Translations under genes and position numbers: made by a program | From: an uncultured Acidobacteriota bacterium | GTDB taxonomy: Bacteria > Acidobacteriota > Terriglobia > Terriglobales > Acidobacteriaceae | NCBI GenBank assembly: GCA_963817835.1 | Contig: CAWFPZ010000019.1 | Location: 37,283 to 101,282, forward strand | Reading direction: 5' to 3' | DNA length: 64,000 nt | Notes under the pieces: model-generated | The model's database searches: none | What the model was told of the DNA's origin: nothing | What the model saw: only the letters and a program-made list of their open reading frames with translations | Shown: positions 37,175 to 46,557 of the stretch, one piece after another | How positions within the stretch are numbered: position 1 is the first letter of the stretch | How the letters are laid out: each line of letters opens with the position of its first letter

Positions 37175-37554
37175 GTTCTTGGCTACTGGCTACCGGATTC
37201 ACGGCCGGGCCACACTCGCACTCACACTCACACTCGCAATTCGGCTGTGCAACTGTACCGCCCTATCTAACCAGCGATGTTTCAACGGTTTGCAGCCAGA
37301 CAGCTGACCTCGTTACAGCCACTGTACAACTGTACAGCGGCACCCAACGAGCACATAAATAAGGGTTTATCATCAGATCGAAAAACGCGGTAAATTCGCT
37401 GTAAGACTGTGACGCTGTACCGGGAACGCCGCAATCGAGCGCGGCCGCGCCGCGCACTTTGCATGTCCAAACTGAGCGAGTTGGGTTCGGCCCGACTGAA
37501 GTCATGCCCTTGTTACAAAGCGGATTTATGAAACACGCAAGAGTTCAAGTTTTT

Positions 37555-37620
37555 CTGATCCCTGATCCCTGATCCCTGACCACTGACCACTGACCACTGA
37601 CCACTGACAACTGACCACTG
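37555..37620. repeat. Heptamer tract (CTGATCC)3(CTGACCA)n
   Basis: About 9 units, ending 2 nt from the glpP stop codon. Confidence 0.85.
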
Positions 37621-37622
37621 TT

Positions 37623-38228
37623 CTACTTGATCCACATCTCCGGATGGCTGGTGGACACGGCGCTCAGTCCCTGTTCGAGCAGCGCTTCCACTTCCTTCAT
37701 ATTGGAGATCAGCCCGCCGCCAACGACCGGCAGATCGGGATTGATGGCGCGCACTCGGTCCAGCATCTTGGGCGCGACCAGCGCGGGCAGAATCTCCAGC
37801 GCATGCACCGGCGTATTGCGCAGCTGATTCGAGATGGTATCCATGGCGCCGCTATCGAGCAGAAAGGTGCGCTGGATGCCGTAGAGCCCGATGGCCAGCG
37901 CGTGGCGCAGCGGGTCGAGGTGCGTGGAGATGATGCCGCCCGCGCCCACGCGCTTGAGGTAATTGACCGCGTACTTGTCGCGCGAGAAGCCGTTGAGCAG
38001 ATCGAGATTGACGATCGCCACCTTGCCCGCGGCGGTGATCTTCTGGATCATCGGCTCGATGGTATCCGGATCGCCGGTGAGCAGATAAATCAGCCGGCTG
38101 CGCGACGCGATGGCAAGCTCCACAAGATCCGGCTTGCGAATGGCGGGGAGAATCGGCGTCTCCGCGCAGAACACGCGCAGCGGAGTCAGCGGCGGCGGCG
38201 TTCCGTTTCTTACAACGGCGTCAGACAT
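37623..38228 (-). CDS. Glycerol-3-phosphate-responsive antiterminator, GlpP/YgcP family
   Basis: IVNLDLLNG, GIISTH, IQRTFLLDS, EILP, GGGLI and AVSTSHPEMW; its start overlaps the lacI stop (ATGTCTGA). Confidence 0.85.
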   Translation of the reverse strand: MSDAVVRNGTPPPLTPLRVFCAETPILPAIRKPDLVELAIASRSRLIYLLTGDPDTIEPMIQKITAAGKVAIVNLDLLNGFSRDKYAVNYLKRVGAGGIISTHLDPLRHALAIGLYGIQRTFLLDSGAMDTISNQLRNTPVHALEILPALVAPKMLDRVRAINPDLPVVGGGLISNMKEVEALLEQGLSAVSTSHPEMWIK

Positions 38229-39339
38229 GCGTCCCTCCGAGTGGGGCATGATGTCCGTCCCGCTTCTGCGCTTTTCCTGTCGATCCTCTTACCATCAATT
38301 CCGCCTCCACTTTCACCTGCACCACCGACTCCTGGCCCGACATCAGCTTGAACAAATTCTCCATCGCCAACTGTCCCATGCGCCGCATGGGCTGCCGCAC
38401 CGTGGTCAGAGTGGGCGTGAGATACGCGGCAAAAAACAAATCGTCGAATCCCGTCACTGAAACATCCTCAGGCACCTTGAGCCCGCGCGCGCGGATCGCC
38501 CGCATCGCGCCCAGCGCCGTCATGTCGTTGTAGCAGACGATCGCGGTCGGCGGATGCTTCAACTGCAGCAGCGCATCCGTCGCCTTGCCCGCCGCTTCCG
38601 GCCGGCTGTCGCCCTCGACTGCCAGCTCCGGCGCAAAGCCGATCCCCGCTTTCGTCAGTGCCTCTTTGTATCCCGCGAGCCGCTCCGCATCGGATTGGTA
38701 TCCGCCGCGATCGCCGAGATACGCAATTCGCCGATGTCCCAACTCGATCAGGTGCTCCGTTGCCGCGCGCGTTCCTTCCTGGTTCGCGATCATGACCGAG
38801 TGCACAAACTCGCCGGAAGCCTGGTCGTTCACCAGCACGATGGGAACCTGCAGCTCCTTGAGCAGCGGCATATACAACGCGCCCACGCGCGACGACGTGA
38901 CAACGATTCCATCCACGCGCCGCTCGGCAAACTCCTGCACCACTTTGCGCTCGCGCTCCGGATCGGCGTGCGAGTTGGCCAGGAACACCGCATAGTTGTG
39001 ATCGTTGGCAATCTCCTCAATGCCGCAAGCCACTTCGCTGGCAAACGGATCGTCGACCGTAGTCACCACGAGGCCGATGGTTCGCGTCCGTCGCGTCACC
39101 AGGCCGCGCGCAACCGCGCTGGCGCGGTATCCCGCGTCTTCGGCGATCTTGCGGATCTTGGCCGCAGTTGCCGCATTCACCAGGGGACTGTTCTGCAGGG
39201 CGCGCGAAACCGTAGGGTGCGAAACCCTCGCCAGCCGCGCAATGTCCTTGATGGAAGGCTGCCGCGAAGGTTGCCGTGGCACGCGCTTCATGCCCGCATG
39301 CGGAACTCCTGCCGACTTGCCTCCGTCCTTCTCCACCAT
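38221..39339 (-). CDS. LacI family transcriptional regulator (candidate IolR)
   Basis: SIKDIARLARVSHPTVSRAL HTH, ARGL hinge, YNDMTALG, SVTGFDD and LTTVRQP; AGGAG RBS before the ATG at 39339. Confidence 0.95.
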   Translation of the reverse strand: MVEKDGGKSAGVPHAGMKRVPRQPSRQPSIKDIARLARVSHPTVSRALQNSPLVNAATAAKIRKIAEDAGYRASAVARGLVTRRTRTIGLVVTTVDDPFASEVACGIEEIANDHNYAVFLANSHADPERERKVVQEFAERRVDGIVVTSSRVGALYMPLLKELQVPIVLVNDQASGEFVHSVMIANQEGTRAATEHLIELGHRRIAYLGDRGGYQSDAERLAGYKEALTKAGIGFAPELAVEGDSRPEAAGKATDALLQLKHPPTAIVCYNDMTALGAMRAIRARGLKVPEDVSVTGFDDLFFAAYLTPTLTTVRQPMRRMGQLAMENLFKLMSGQESVVQVKVEAELMVRGSTGKAQKRDGHHAPLGGTHV

Positions 39340-39355
39340 GGCCAGAAACTCCTAA

Positions 39356-39369
39356 TGCACACGTGTACG
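39356..39369. promoter_or_regulatory. LacI-type operator candidate upstream of lacI-glpP
   Basis: TGCACACGTGTACG, 12/14 match to the palindrome. Confidence 0.6.
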
Positions 39370-39462
39370 ATAGCCCTCAGTCTCCTAGAACGCACGCGTC
39401 CTCGTCAACACATATCAATGGGCCTTTCGCTGCGCCCTAGTAATCTGGATACCGACCGCAAG

Positions 39463-40968
39463 ATGCTCCCATCCACCTCAACTTCCGCCGACCACCCCAT
39501 CGGGCAAGCGCCGAACTCCGGCGATTCCGACGTGGGCGATTCTGGCGGGTTGCAGCGCCGCATCGGTCTCCGCTCCGCTGTGCTGTTCAACATGCTGGAG
39601 ATGATCGGCGTCGGTCCCTTCATCACGCTGCCTCTGGTCATCGCCGCTGCGGGATTCCGAATGTCGGTTTGGGCGTGGCTGCTCGGCGCTGCCATCGCTG
39701 TCGCCGACGGCCTGGTCTGGGCCGAACTCGGCGCAGCCTTCCCGCGTGCCGGCGGTTCGTACGCCTTTCTCCGGGAAATCTACGGCCCCGGGAGCGCGGG
39801 CAACTGGCTGAGCTTTCTCTATGTCTGGCAGGTCGGATTCACTGCGCCGCTGTCGATTGCTTCGGGGTGCATCGGCCTCTCCGGGTTTCTCGCGGTCTTC
39901 TGGCCCGGCCTCGACTCGGCGCCCATCGCTGCGCTGCCCACACTCCACTACGCGAACTTTGCCGGCGCCGCCGCGTGCCTTCTCGTCACCGTGCTCCTCT
40001 ATCGCAATATCAGCTCCGTCGCGCGCATGGCATGGGTGCTTTTTGCCGGCGTCATGGCTGCGCTCACCGGCGTCATCGTCTCCGGATTCGCTCACGCCGC
40101 GGCCACCGGCGGCTGGCATATACCTACTGCGCCGGCGCTCTCCACTGCGCTCGGGTCGATTGGAACAGCGAGTGGAACTCTCGGCGGTCTCGCCCAGGCC
40201 ACGCTCCTTGCCACGTACTGTTACTGGGGCTATTACAACATCTGCTTTCTCGCTGGCGAAGTCCGCCGACCCGAGCGCACGATTCCTCGCGCCATCCTGC
40301 TCTCGGTCGTCTTCGTTTCCGCGTTGTATGTTTTGATGAACCTGGCCGTGTTGCCATCGCTCGGCGGCGCCGCATCGCATGCTGGCGGGTCCGCCGTGCT
40401 GCGTTTCCAACTTGCCGCCGACATCGCGCGCTCGGCTTTCGGACCCTGGGCCGGCTACACCATCGCCGCGCTTATCGTGTGGACCGCTTTCGCCAGCATC
40501 TTCTCACTGCAACTCGGCTACTCGCGCGTGCCCTACGCCGCCGCTCGCGACGGCAACTACTTCCGCTTTCTCGGTGCGCTGCATCCAAAGCACGGCATCC
40601 CCCACCGATCGCTTGTGGCACTGGGCATCGTGGGAGCCTTCTTCTGCTTCTTCTCGCTCACGCAGGTCATCACTCTGCTCGTCATTACGCGCATTCTGCT
40701 GCAATTCTTCCTGCAGCAATTCGGCGTGATCTATCTGCGCGTGCGCAAGCCCGATCTCCCGCGGCCTTTCCGCATGCCGATCTATCCACTGCCGCCGCTC
40801 TTCGCCATGGCCGGCTTCGGATTTCTCCTCGTCTATCGCGTCCACGCAGTGAAAGAGCTCGCCGTCGCTGCTGCAATCGCCGTCTCCGGGAGCCTTCTCT
40901 ATCTGCTGCGCGCGCATCGTCTGCGGCAATGGCCATTCGCAGACGTGTCCCAACCTCAAAGCCAATAG
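39463..40968 (+). CDS. APC family amino acid/polyamine permease
   Basis: MIGVGPF, WAELGAAFPRAGGSYAFL, GEVRRPERTIP, SRVPYAAARDG and RPFRMP; about 12 TM. Confidence 0.9.
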   Translation: MLPSTSTSADHPIGQAPNSGDSDVGDSGGLQRRIGLRSAVLFNMLEMIGVGPFITLPLVIAAAGFRMSVWAWLLGAAIAVADGLVWAELGAAFPRAGGSYAFLREIYGPGSAGNWLSFLYVWQVGFTAPLSIASGCIGLSGFLAVFWPGLDSAPIAALPTLHYANFAGAAACLLVTVLLYRNISSVARMAWVLFAGVMAALTGVIVSGFAHAAATGGWHIPTAPALSTALGSIGTASGTLGGLAQATLLATYCYWGYYNICFLAGEVRRPERTIPRAILLSVVFVSALYVLMNLAVLPSLGGAASHAGGSAVLRFQLAADIARSAFGPWAGYTIAALIVWTAFASIFSLQLGYSRVPYAAARDGNYFRFLGALHPKHGIPHRSLVALGIVGAFFCFFSLTQVITLLVITRILLQFFLQQFGVIYLRVRKPDLPRPFRMPIYPLPPLFAMAGFGFLLVYRVHAVKELAVAAAIAVSGSLLYLLRAHRLRQWPFADVSQPQSQ

Positions 40969-41007
40969 CAAACTCACAAATTCTGTAGCTTTCGTTCTCA
41001 GGCGCGG

Positions 41008-41319
41008 CTAAAACGTCTTTCCACAACTCTGGCAAGTCCACACCACATTGCCGCTTCCGACATATCCGGCGTACCACTTCCAGCCGCGCTTGCCAGCCTG
41101 CACTTGCGTGGAATGGCAGAACGGACACTGTGTGGCCGGCGCGGGAGGCACCGAGCCGTATGTCGGCTGAGGATTCTGGGGTTGGGCATACTGGGGCGGT
41201 GCCGGGGGTGCCGGCGGGGTTGGAGCGGACAGCGGTAGCCCACAAGCGCCGCAAAAGCTGGACGGTAGGGTTATCGCCGCTCCGCAATGTGAGCAGTAGA
41301 CGATGGAAGGTTCAGTCAC
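41008..41319 (-). CDS. Small double zinc-ribbon protein
   Basis: AGGAG RBS + GTG; CSHC…CGAC, Pro-rich linker, then CPFC…CQSC. Confidence 0.65.
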   Translation of the reverse strand: MTEPSIVYCSHCGAAITLPSSFCGACGLPLSAPTPPAPPAPPQYAQPQNPQPTYGSVPPAPATQCPFCHSTQVQAGKRGWKWYAGYVGSGNVVWTCQSCGKTF

Positions 41320-41540
41320 GACGCTCTCCTCAATGCAAACCCGATTTCGAATGGCCCCATGTTTCTCCGTTGTGTGCGCAATTATATCCCCGCACCGGTG
41401 GTTTTGCCTCAATCCAAATCCTCTCCATGGTGCGTATTTGAGATGTGCATCTTAGAAACCCGCTCCGCACAAATTTTGTGACGTCCGCCGCGGTACGGTG
41501 TCTAATAGATGAAACAGGCCTTCCCCAAGCGAGGTCATTC

Positions 41541-42515
41541 ATGCTCATCGGCAAGCCACCCGGTATTCCCTCGTCGGAGATCACCCCCCGCGACGATTAT
41601 TTCCGGTATCTCTCGCGCCGCCGTTTTCTAAAAGGCGCGGCCGCAACAGCAGGCATTGCGGCCCTCGGCGCCAATCAATTGTTCGCTCCGCGCGCCGTCG
41701 AAGCGGACACCAAGCTGCAGACCGTGAAAAGCCCACTGACCACCACGGGCGAGCAGCTCACCAGCTACGACGACATCACGCATTACAACAACTTCTACGA
41801 GTTCGGCGTGGACAAGGGCGATCCCGCCAAAAACGCCGGTGGCCTTCCCACGCGTCCCTGGACTGTGAAAGTCGAGGGCAAAGTCGCCAAGCCGCTCACC
41901 TTCGACATCGACGACCTGCTCAAGCTGCGTCCGCTTGAAGACCGCGTCTACCGCCATCGTTGCGTCGAGGCCTGGAGCATGGTCATACCCTGGGTCGGTT
42001 ACTCGCTTTCTGAATTCATCAAGCAGTGCAACCCGCTGCCCGGCGCCAAGTACGTGCAGTTCCTCTCGTACTACAACACCAAAGTGGAGAAATGGACCTA
42101 CGAAGACGCCACCATTCACTGGCCCTACTCCGAGGGCCTGCGCATGGACGAGGCGATGAATCCGCTCACCCTGTTCACCTTCGGACTCTACGGAGAAACC
42201 CTGCCTAACCAGGATGGCGCGCCGGTGCGCGTGGTGCTGCCATGGAAGTACGGCTTCAAATCCGCCAAGTCCATCGTGACGGTGCGCTTCGTCGACAGGC
42301 AACCGCCCACCACCTGGAACGATCAGGCGCCCAACGAATACGGCTTCTACTCCAATGTGAACCCCAACGTCGACCACCCGCGCTGGAGCCAGAAAACCGA
42401 GCGCCGCATCGGCCTGCCTTTCTACGAGCAGCGCCGCACCACGCTCATGTTCAACGGCTATACGGACCAGGTGGCCTATCTGTATAACGGAATGGACCTG
42501 CGCAGGAACTTTTGA
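41541..42515 (+). CDS. msrP: Protein-methionine-sulfoxide reductase catalytic subunit MsrP (YedY)
   Basis: SRRRFL Tat signal, [16 protein letters not shown] (Mo-Cys), [12 protein letters not shown] and HPRWSQ. Confidence 0.96.
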   Translation: MLIGKPPGIPSSEITPRDDYFRYLSRRRFLKGAAATAGIAALGANQLFAPRAVEADTKLQTVKSPLTTTGEQLTSYDDITHYNNFYEFGVDKGDPAKNAGGLPTRPWTVKVEGKVAKPLTFDIDDLLKLRPLEDRVYRHRCVEAWSMVIPWVGYSLSEFIKQCNPLPGAKYVQFLSYYNTKVEKWTYEDATIHWPYSEGLRMDEAMNPLTLFTFGLYGETLPNQDGAPVRVVLPWKYGFKSAKSIVTVRFVDRQPPTTWNDQAPNEYGFYSNVNPNVDHPRWSQKTERRIGLPFYEQRRTTLMFNGYTDQVAYLYNGMDLRRNF

Positions 42516-42673
42516 AGCAGCCTCTAGCTGCTAGCTCTTAGCTTCCAGCTCATCGAGGCGAATGGCCGGCAGCGACGGAACGGGGAGAAGGGATCCTTCC
42601 TTTTCGATGGATTGGTTTGTTCTCGTGCCGACTTGCTAATTCGCTAACCTGCTGACTCGCCAACTGGCTTGCT

Positions 42674-43315
42674 ATGAATCGCACAACGCTCATCATCCTT
42701 AAAACGCTCACCTGGATCGCGTGCCTTTCGATCGCAGTCCGTCTTGCCTGGGGCATGGTCTCGAACGACCTCGGACCCGACCCCTCGGCCGCCATCGCCT
42801 TTGCTACCGGCAAGGCCACGATCTGGCTGCTCGCCATCACCCTTGCCATCACGCCGCTGCGCCGCCTGTCGCCGCGCCTCAACTGGCTGATTAAGTTTCG
42901 CCGCCTCTTCGGCCTCTTCGCCTTTTTCTACGCTACGCTGCACATGCTCACCTATGTGGCGCTCTATTCTGGCTTCGACGTGAACGCCATGCTGGCCGAC
43001 GTCGCCAAACGCCGCTTCATCACCATGGGCGTCGCCGCCTACTTGTTGCTCGTGCCACTCGCGCTCACGTCCACCACGTGGGCCATCCGCAAGCTCGGCG
43101 GCAAGAACTGGAACCGCCTGCACAAGCTCGTCTATGCCGCTGCAATTTGTGGAGTGATTCACTACTGGTGGCAGGTGAAGACCGGCGTCATCACGCCGCT
43201 CACCATCACCGTAGTGCTGGCTGTCCTGTTTCTGGCGCGGCCCGTGACCAGCTGGCTGCAGCGCCGCGAGGCGCGCGCCGCGGTCGCCGCATCTTCCGTG
43301 CCTTTCCCTCGTTAA
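42674..43315 (+). CDS. msrQ: MsrQ (YedZ) heme-binding membrane subunit
   Basis: TLAITP, RRLFGLFAFFYATLH and WNRLHKLVY…IHYWW. Confidence 0.93.
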   Translation: MNRTTLIILKTLTWIACLSIAVRLAWGMVSNDLGPDPSAAIAFATGKATIWLLAITLAITPLRRLSPRLNWLIKFRRLFGLFAFFYATLHMLTYVALYSGFDVNAMLADVAKRRFITMGVAAYLLLVPLALTSTTWAIRKLGGKNWNRLHKLVYAAAICGVIHYWWQVKTGVITPLTITVVLAVLFLARPVTSWLQRREARAAVAASSVPFPR

Positions 43316-43344
43316 CGCTTTGCTCTCCCGCCCGTTAGTTCTTT

Positions 43345-43980
43345 GTGCGCCGTTCGACAAACATCTTCCTCAAATCCATCGTTTGGGTCGGCTGTCTTTT
43401 GCCGCTCGCGGACCTGCTGAGAGGCGCGGCCACTCATCATCTCGGGCGTAATCCTGTCAACGAGGTTCTCTCGGTCACCGGCCTTTCCGCTCTCTGGCTG
43501 CTTGCGATTACACTGGCCATCACGCCAGTGCGCAGTCTTTCACCACGCTTCGCATAGCTCCTCCAGTTTCGGCGTTTGCTGGGGCTCTTCGTCTTTTTCT
43601 ACGGCACGGTGCACCTGCTCGTTTACATCGCGCTTTATTCAGGATTCAGCCTAAGCGCGATGGTGACCGACATTGCGAAAAGGCATTTCATTATCGCCGG
43701 GATCGCCACGTGGCTCTCACTCGTGCCGCTGGCCCTGACGTCGACCCACGCCGCGATCCGCAAGCTCGGCGGAAAAAACTGGAATCGCCTTCACATGCTG
43801 ATTTATCTGGCCGCGATTTTGGCTGCGGTTCATTACTGGCGGAAGATGAGGCCGGGAATTATTTCACCAGCACCCTATACGCTCGCACTCCTCATCCTTT
43901 TACTGGTCAGGCTCGGCATCGCCTGGCGCCGTCGCTGGAAAGCGCGCGCCGCCGCATTCAGGGCTGTCTCCAAGGTCTAA
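43345..43980 (+). pseudogene. Second MsrQ paralog interrupted by an in-frame TAG at 43555-43557
   Basis: RFA*LLQFRRLLGLFVFFYGTVH aligns to RLNWLIKFRRLFGLFAFFYATLH (TGG to TAG); the frame is continuous on both sides. Confidence 0.85.
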
Positions 43981-44008
43981 CGCCGATAGCTCCGCTTACA
44001 CCGCTGCT

Positions 44009-44650
44009 TTATTCGAACAGCATTCTCTGCGCCACCGGACTGAAGCTCTTGCGGTGCAGCGGCGTCGGGCCCAGCCGCCGGAGGGCCTCCAGGTGCTCTG
44101 CCACGCAGTAGCCCTTGTGCCGCGCCAATCCATAACCTGGATAGATTGCGTCGAGCTCGACCAACAGGTGGTCGCGAAACACCTTGGCCAATACGCTCGC
44201 CGCGGCAATCGATATGCTTCGCGCGTCGCCCTGAATTACCGCCTGCTGCGGGCAGGGCCAGTCGATGGTGTCGCGCCCGTCAATGAGCAAATAGTCGGGA
44301 AGCAAAAAATCCGGAGCGACGGCCAGCCGTTGCACGGCGATGCGCATGGCCAGCAGGGAAGCCCGCCTGATATTGATGCGGTCGATCGTCTCCACATCCA
44401 CTACCGCAACCGCCCATGCCACGGCGCAGTCGCGAATCGCCGCGTCAAATTCATTTCTCTGTCTTTCGGTGAGTTGTTTTGAATCCGTCAGGCCTTTCAG
44501 GCGGCAGCCTTTTGGAAGAATAACTGCGGCTGCGACAACCGGTCCGAACATTGGCCCGCGTCCCACCTCATCCAGCCCGGCAATGCGCAGTGCGCCACGC
44601 CGCCGCGCGGCGTTCTCCAGCGCGAATCCGCAGATTGGTGCCGTGGTCAT
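44009..44650 (-). CDS. rnhB: Ribonuclease HII
   Basis: GLDEVGRGP, DSKQL, IDG, GDA…SIAAASVLAKV, HKGY and HRKSF. Confidence 0.96.
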   Translation of the reverse strand: MTTAPICGFALENAARRRGALRIAGLDEVGRGPMFGPVVAAAVILPKGCRLKGLTDSKQLTERQRNEFDAAIRDCAVAWAVAVVDVETIDRINIRRASLLAMRIAVQRLAVAPDFLLPDYLLIDGRDTIDWPCPQQAVIQGDARSISIAAASVLAKVFRDHLLVELDAIYPGYGLARHKGYCVAEHLEALRRLGPTPLHRKSFSPVAQRMLFE

Positions 44651-44722
44651 GCTGAAAGTATAAGAATGAGCAGTGAGCTGTCAGGTGGAAAAGCCGCCCG
44701 CAATCGCAGCGCCCCGGCCGCT

Positions 44723-45214
44723 CTATTCCCATTCGCTCGGCAATTGTGGAAGTGGGCCATGTATGTCGATTCCGAATCGGGCCGCGGTTTCTACCAGCTT
44801 TTGCATGTCGGGCGGGGAGGGCGGAGCCGATGCGGGCTGACTTAATGCCAGCACAAAATTCTCAAAACCCGGCGGCGAGTTCAGAATCAGCATCCGCGCC
44901 GGGCTGTTGCCGATGACCTTGAACCCATGGGCAATCTCACGCGGCCCGAACACGAACGCGCCCGCTGTACCCTTCAGCCACTTGCCAGCGCAGACAAAAG
45001 CCACCTCGCCTTCGAGCACGTAAAACGCCTCGTCCTCGCGGTGATGCGTATGATACGGACTCGCCCATCCCCGGGGCATATCCCAATGCTCGGTCAAGCC
45101 AAACCCGCCATTGCTGGTTTCGCCGGTTGACCGGATCAGTGTCGGCAGTCCCAGGAATCGGGAGGCCTCGTCATGGCGCGTATTCAGGTAGGGTTTTGCC
45201 GCAGGCGTGCTCAT
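44723..45214 (-). CDS. Cupin domain protein (quercetin dioxygenase-like)
   Basis: HTHHREDEAFYVLEGE and PREIAHGF cupin motifs. Confidence 0.8.
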   Translation of the reverse strand: MSTPAAKPYLNTRHDEASRFLGLPTLIRSTGETSNGGFGLTEHWDMPRGWASPYHTHHREDEAFYVLEGEVAFVCAGKWLKGTAGAFVFGPREIAHGFKVIGNSPARMLILNSPPGFENFVLALSQPASAPPSPPDMQKLVETAARFGIDIHGPLPQLPSEWE

Positions 45215-45367
45215 GGACTCTCCTTTTAATTTGCGAACAGATTCATTTTGAAGGAAGCGGTTTGCTGGTGTACTTCGGAAGTGTAACGGACCCCCCTGCT
45301 GTTCTCTTGAAAATGTGCTTGAATCGCGAACAAATTCCGCGCGGGCGAGCGGGTGTGCCGCAATGGC

Positions 45368-45691
45368 TCACTCGCGCGCGAAGGCATAGTCGCGTTCCAC
45401 CCGGCAAATGCGCACCTTGAATTCCTCATACCAGGTGCCGCGTCCACGCTGCTGCGCCACCAGGTGCGTTGCATTCGCTTTCCAGGCCGCAATCGCTTCC
45501 AGGCCCTCCCAATAGGAAACCGTAATTCCCAGGCCGTCGCGCGCGGATTCAATCCCGAGAAACCCGGGCTGCGTCGCGGCCAGCGTCTCCATCGCTTCCG
45601 CCATTTTCCCGTACCCGTTGTCGCCCGCGGTGCGCTGGGAAGTGAAGATCACCGCAAAGTAAGGCGGCATGGGAGTGGATGCAATCGTCAT
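45368..45691 (-). CDS. Antibiotic biosynthesis monooxygenase (ABM) family protein
   Basis: YFAVIFTS…QPGFLGIESAR…ITVSYW…HLVAQQRGR. Confidence 0.85.
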   Translation of the reverse strand: MTIASTPMPPYFAVIFTSQRTAGDNGYGKMAEAMETLAATQPGFLGIESARDGLGITVSYWEGLEAIAAWKANATHLVAQQRGRGTWYEEFKVRICRVERDYAFARE

Positions 45692-45791
45692 CGGGGCCCT
45701 CCAGATCTCGGCAAAAGCTATCAACAGGAATGCCAGATTATCACCAAACCAGCCGGCCACTTGAGCACGCCGGGGAAGCATCTAACCTTTC

Positions 45792-46490
45792 ATGCGAACA
45801 TGGCGCTTGCGGATCGCTTCATCCACATTTTTTCTGTTTCTGTTATTCGGGTTATTCCCCGGTATTTCGCATGCGCAGGCGCATATTGATCCGGCGCTGC
45901 CCCCGGCGCCACTGCCGCACGGGGGTTACTGGTCGTTAATCCCCAGCAACGAGGTGGTGAAAAATGCGCATCGGCCTGTTCCCCGGCTCACCGTTCGGCA
46001 GAAGTTTGAGATTGCCTATCGCAATACATTAACACCGGCGCTGCCCTTCGATTCGCTCGCGGTTGCGGGATTCGACCAGGCGACCAATGTCGGGCCCGCC
46101 TACGGGCAGGAGTGGGGTGCGTTCGGCAAGCGGGTCGGCTACAACGCCGCCAACTTTACATCGAAATCACTCTTCGCCTTTGGCATTGTGCCCGCCGCGT
46201 TTCACCAGGACCCCCGCTACTTTCGCCTCGGTTCAGGCTCCATGCGCGCCCGGATGTTGTGGGTCCTGCGCAGCCAGGTCGTTGCCTTTAGTGATCGCGG
46301 CGCCGCGATGCCCAATTACGGAAAGCTCATCGGCTTCGCGGCCTCGACTCTCTTGAGCAATGCCTATATGCCCGCGAGCAGCGTCTCGCCGGAGAATGAT
46401 TTAAAGGGATACGGAATCAAATTTGGCGCTTCGGTAGCCATCAGCACTGTTCACGAATTCGACTTGACGCGTTTTCTCCGGAAGCTGTAG
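45792..46490 (+). CDS. Secreted/membrane hypothetical protein
   Basis: Signal peptide followed by YGQEWGAFGKR…HQDPRYFR, a domain style common in Acidobacteria. Confidence 0.6.
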   Translation: MRTWRLRIASSTFFLFLLFGLFPGISHAQAHIDPALPPAPLPHGGYWSLIPSNEVVKNAHRPVPRLTVRQKFEIAYRNTLTPALPFDSLAVAGFDQATNVGPAYGQEWGAFGKRVGYNAANFTSKSLFAFGIVPAAFHQDPRYFRLGSGSMRARMLWVLRSQVVAFSDRGAAMPNYGKLIGFAASTLLSNAYMPASSVSPENDLKGYGIKFGASVAISTVHEFDLTRFLRKL

Positions 46491-46557
46491 TCGTATTCCA
46501 GTCCATGAGCGGAAATTGCTCAATGAGAAACTGTCTGGATTCGACGAACGCCTATTC

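Noticed and set aside
31560-37620. Prophage or integrative element
   Set aside because: No integrase, terminase, structural genes or clear att pair were seen; only accessory-looking genes and repeats.
38554-39462. N-terminal 300-aa extension of the APC permease (804-aa ORF)
   Set aside because: It is the antisense shadow of lacI; the permease homology begins after the ATG at 39463.
43555-43557. Pyrrolysine recoding of the msrQ2 TAG
   Set aside because: No pyl genes or tRNA are in view and the position is a conserved Trp (a single G-to-A change).
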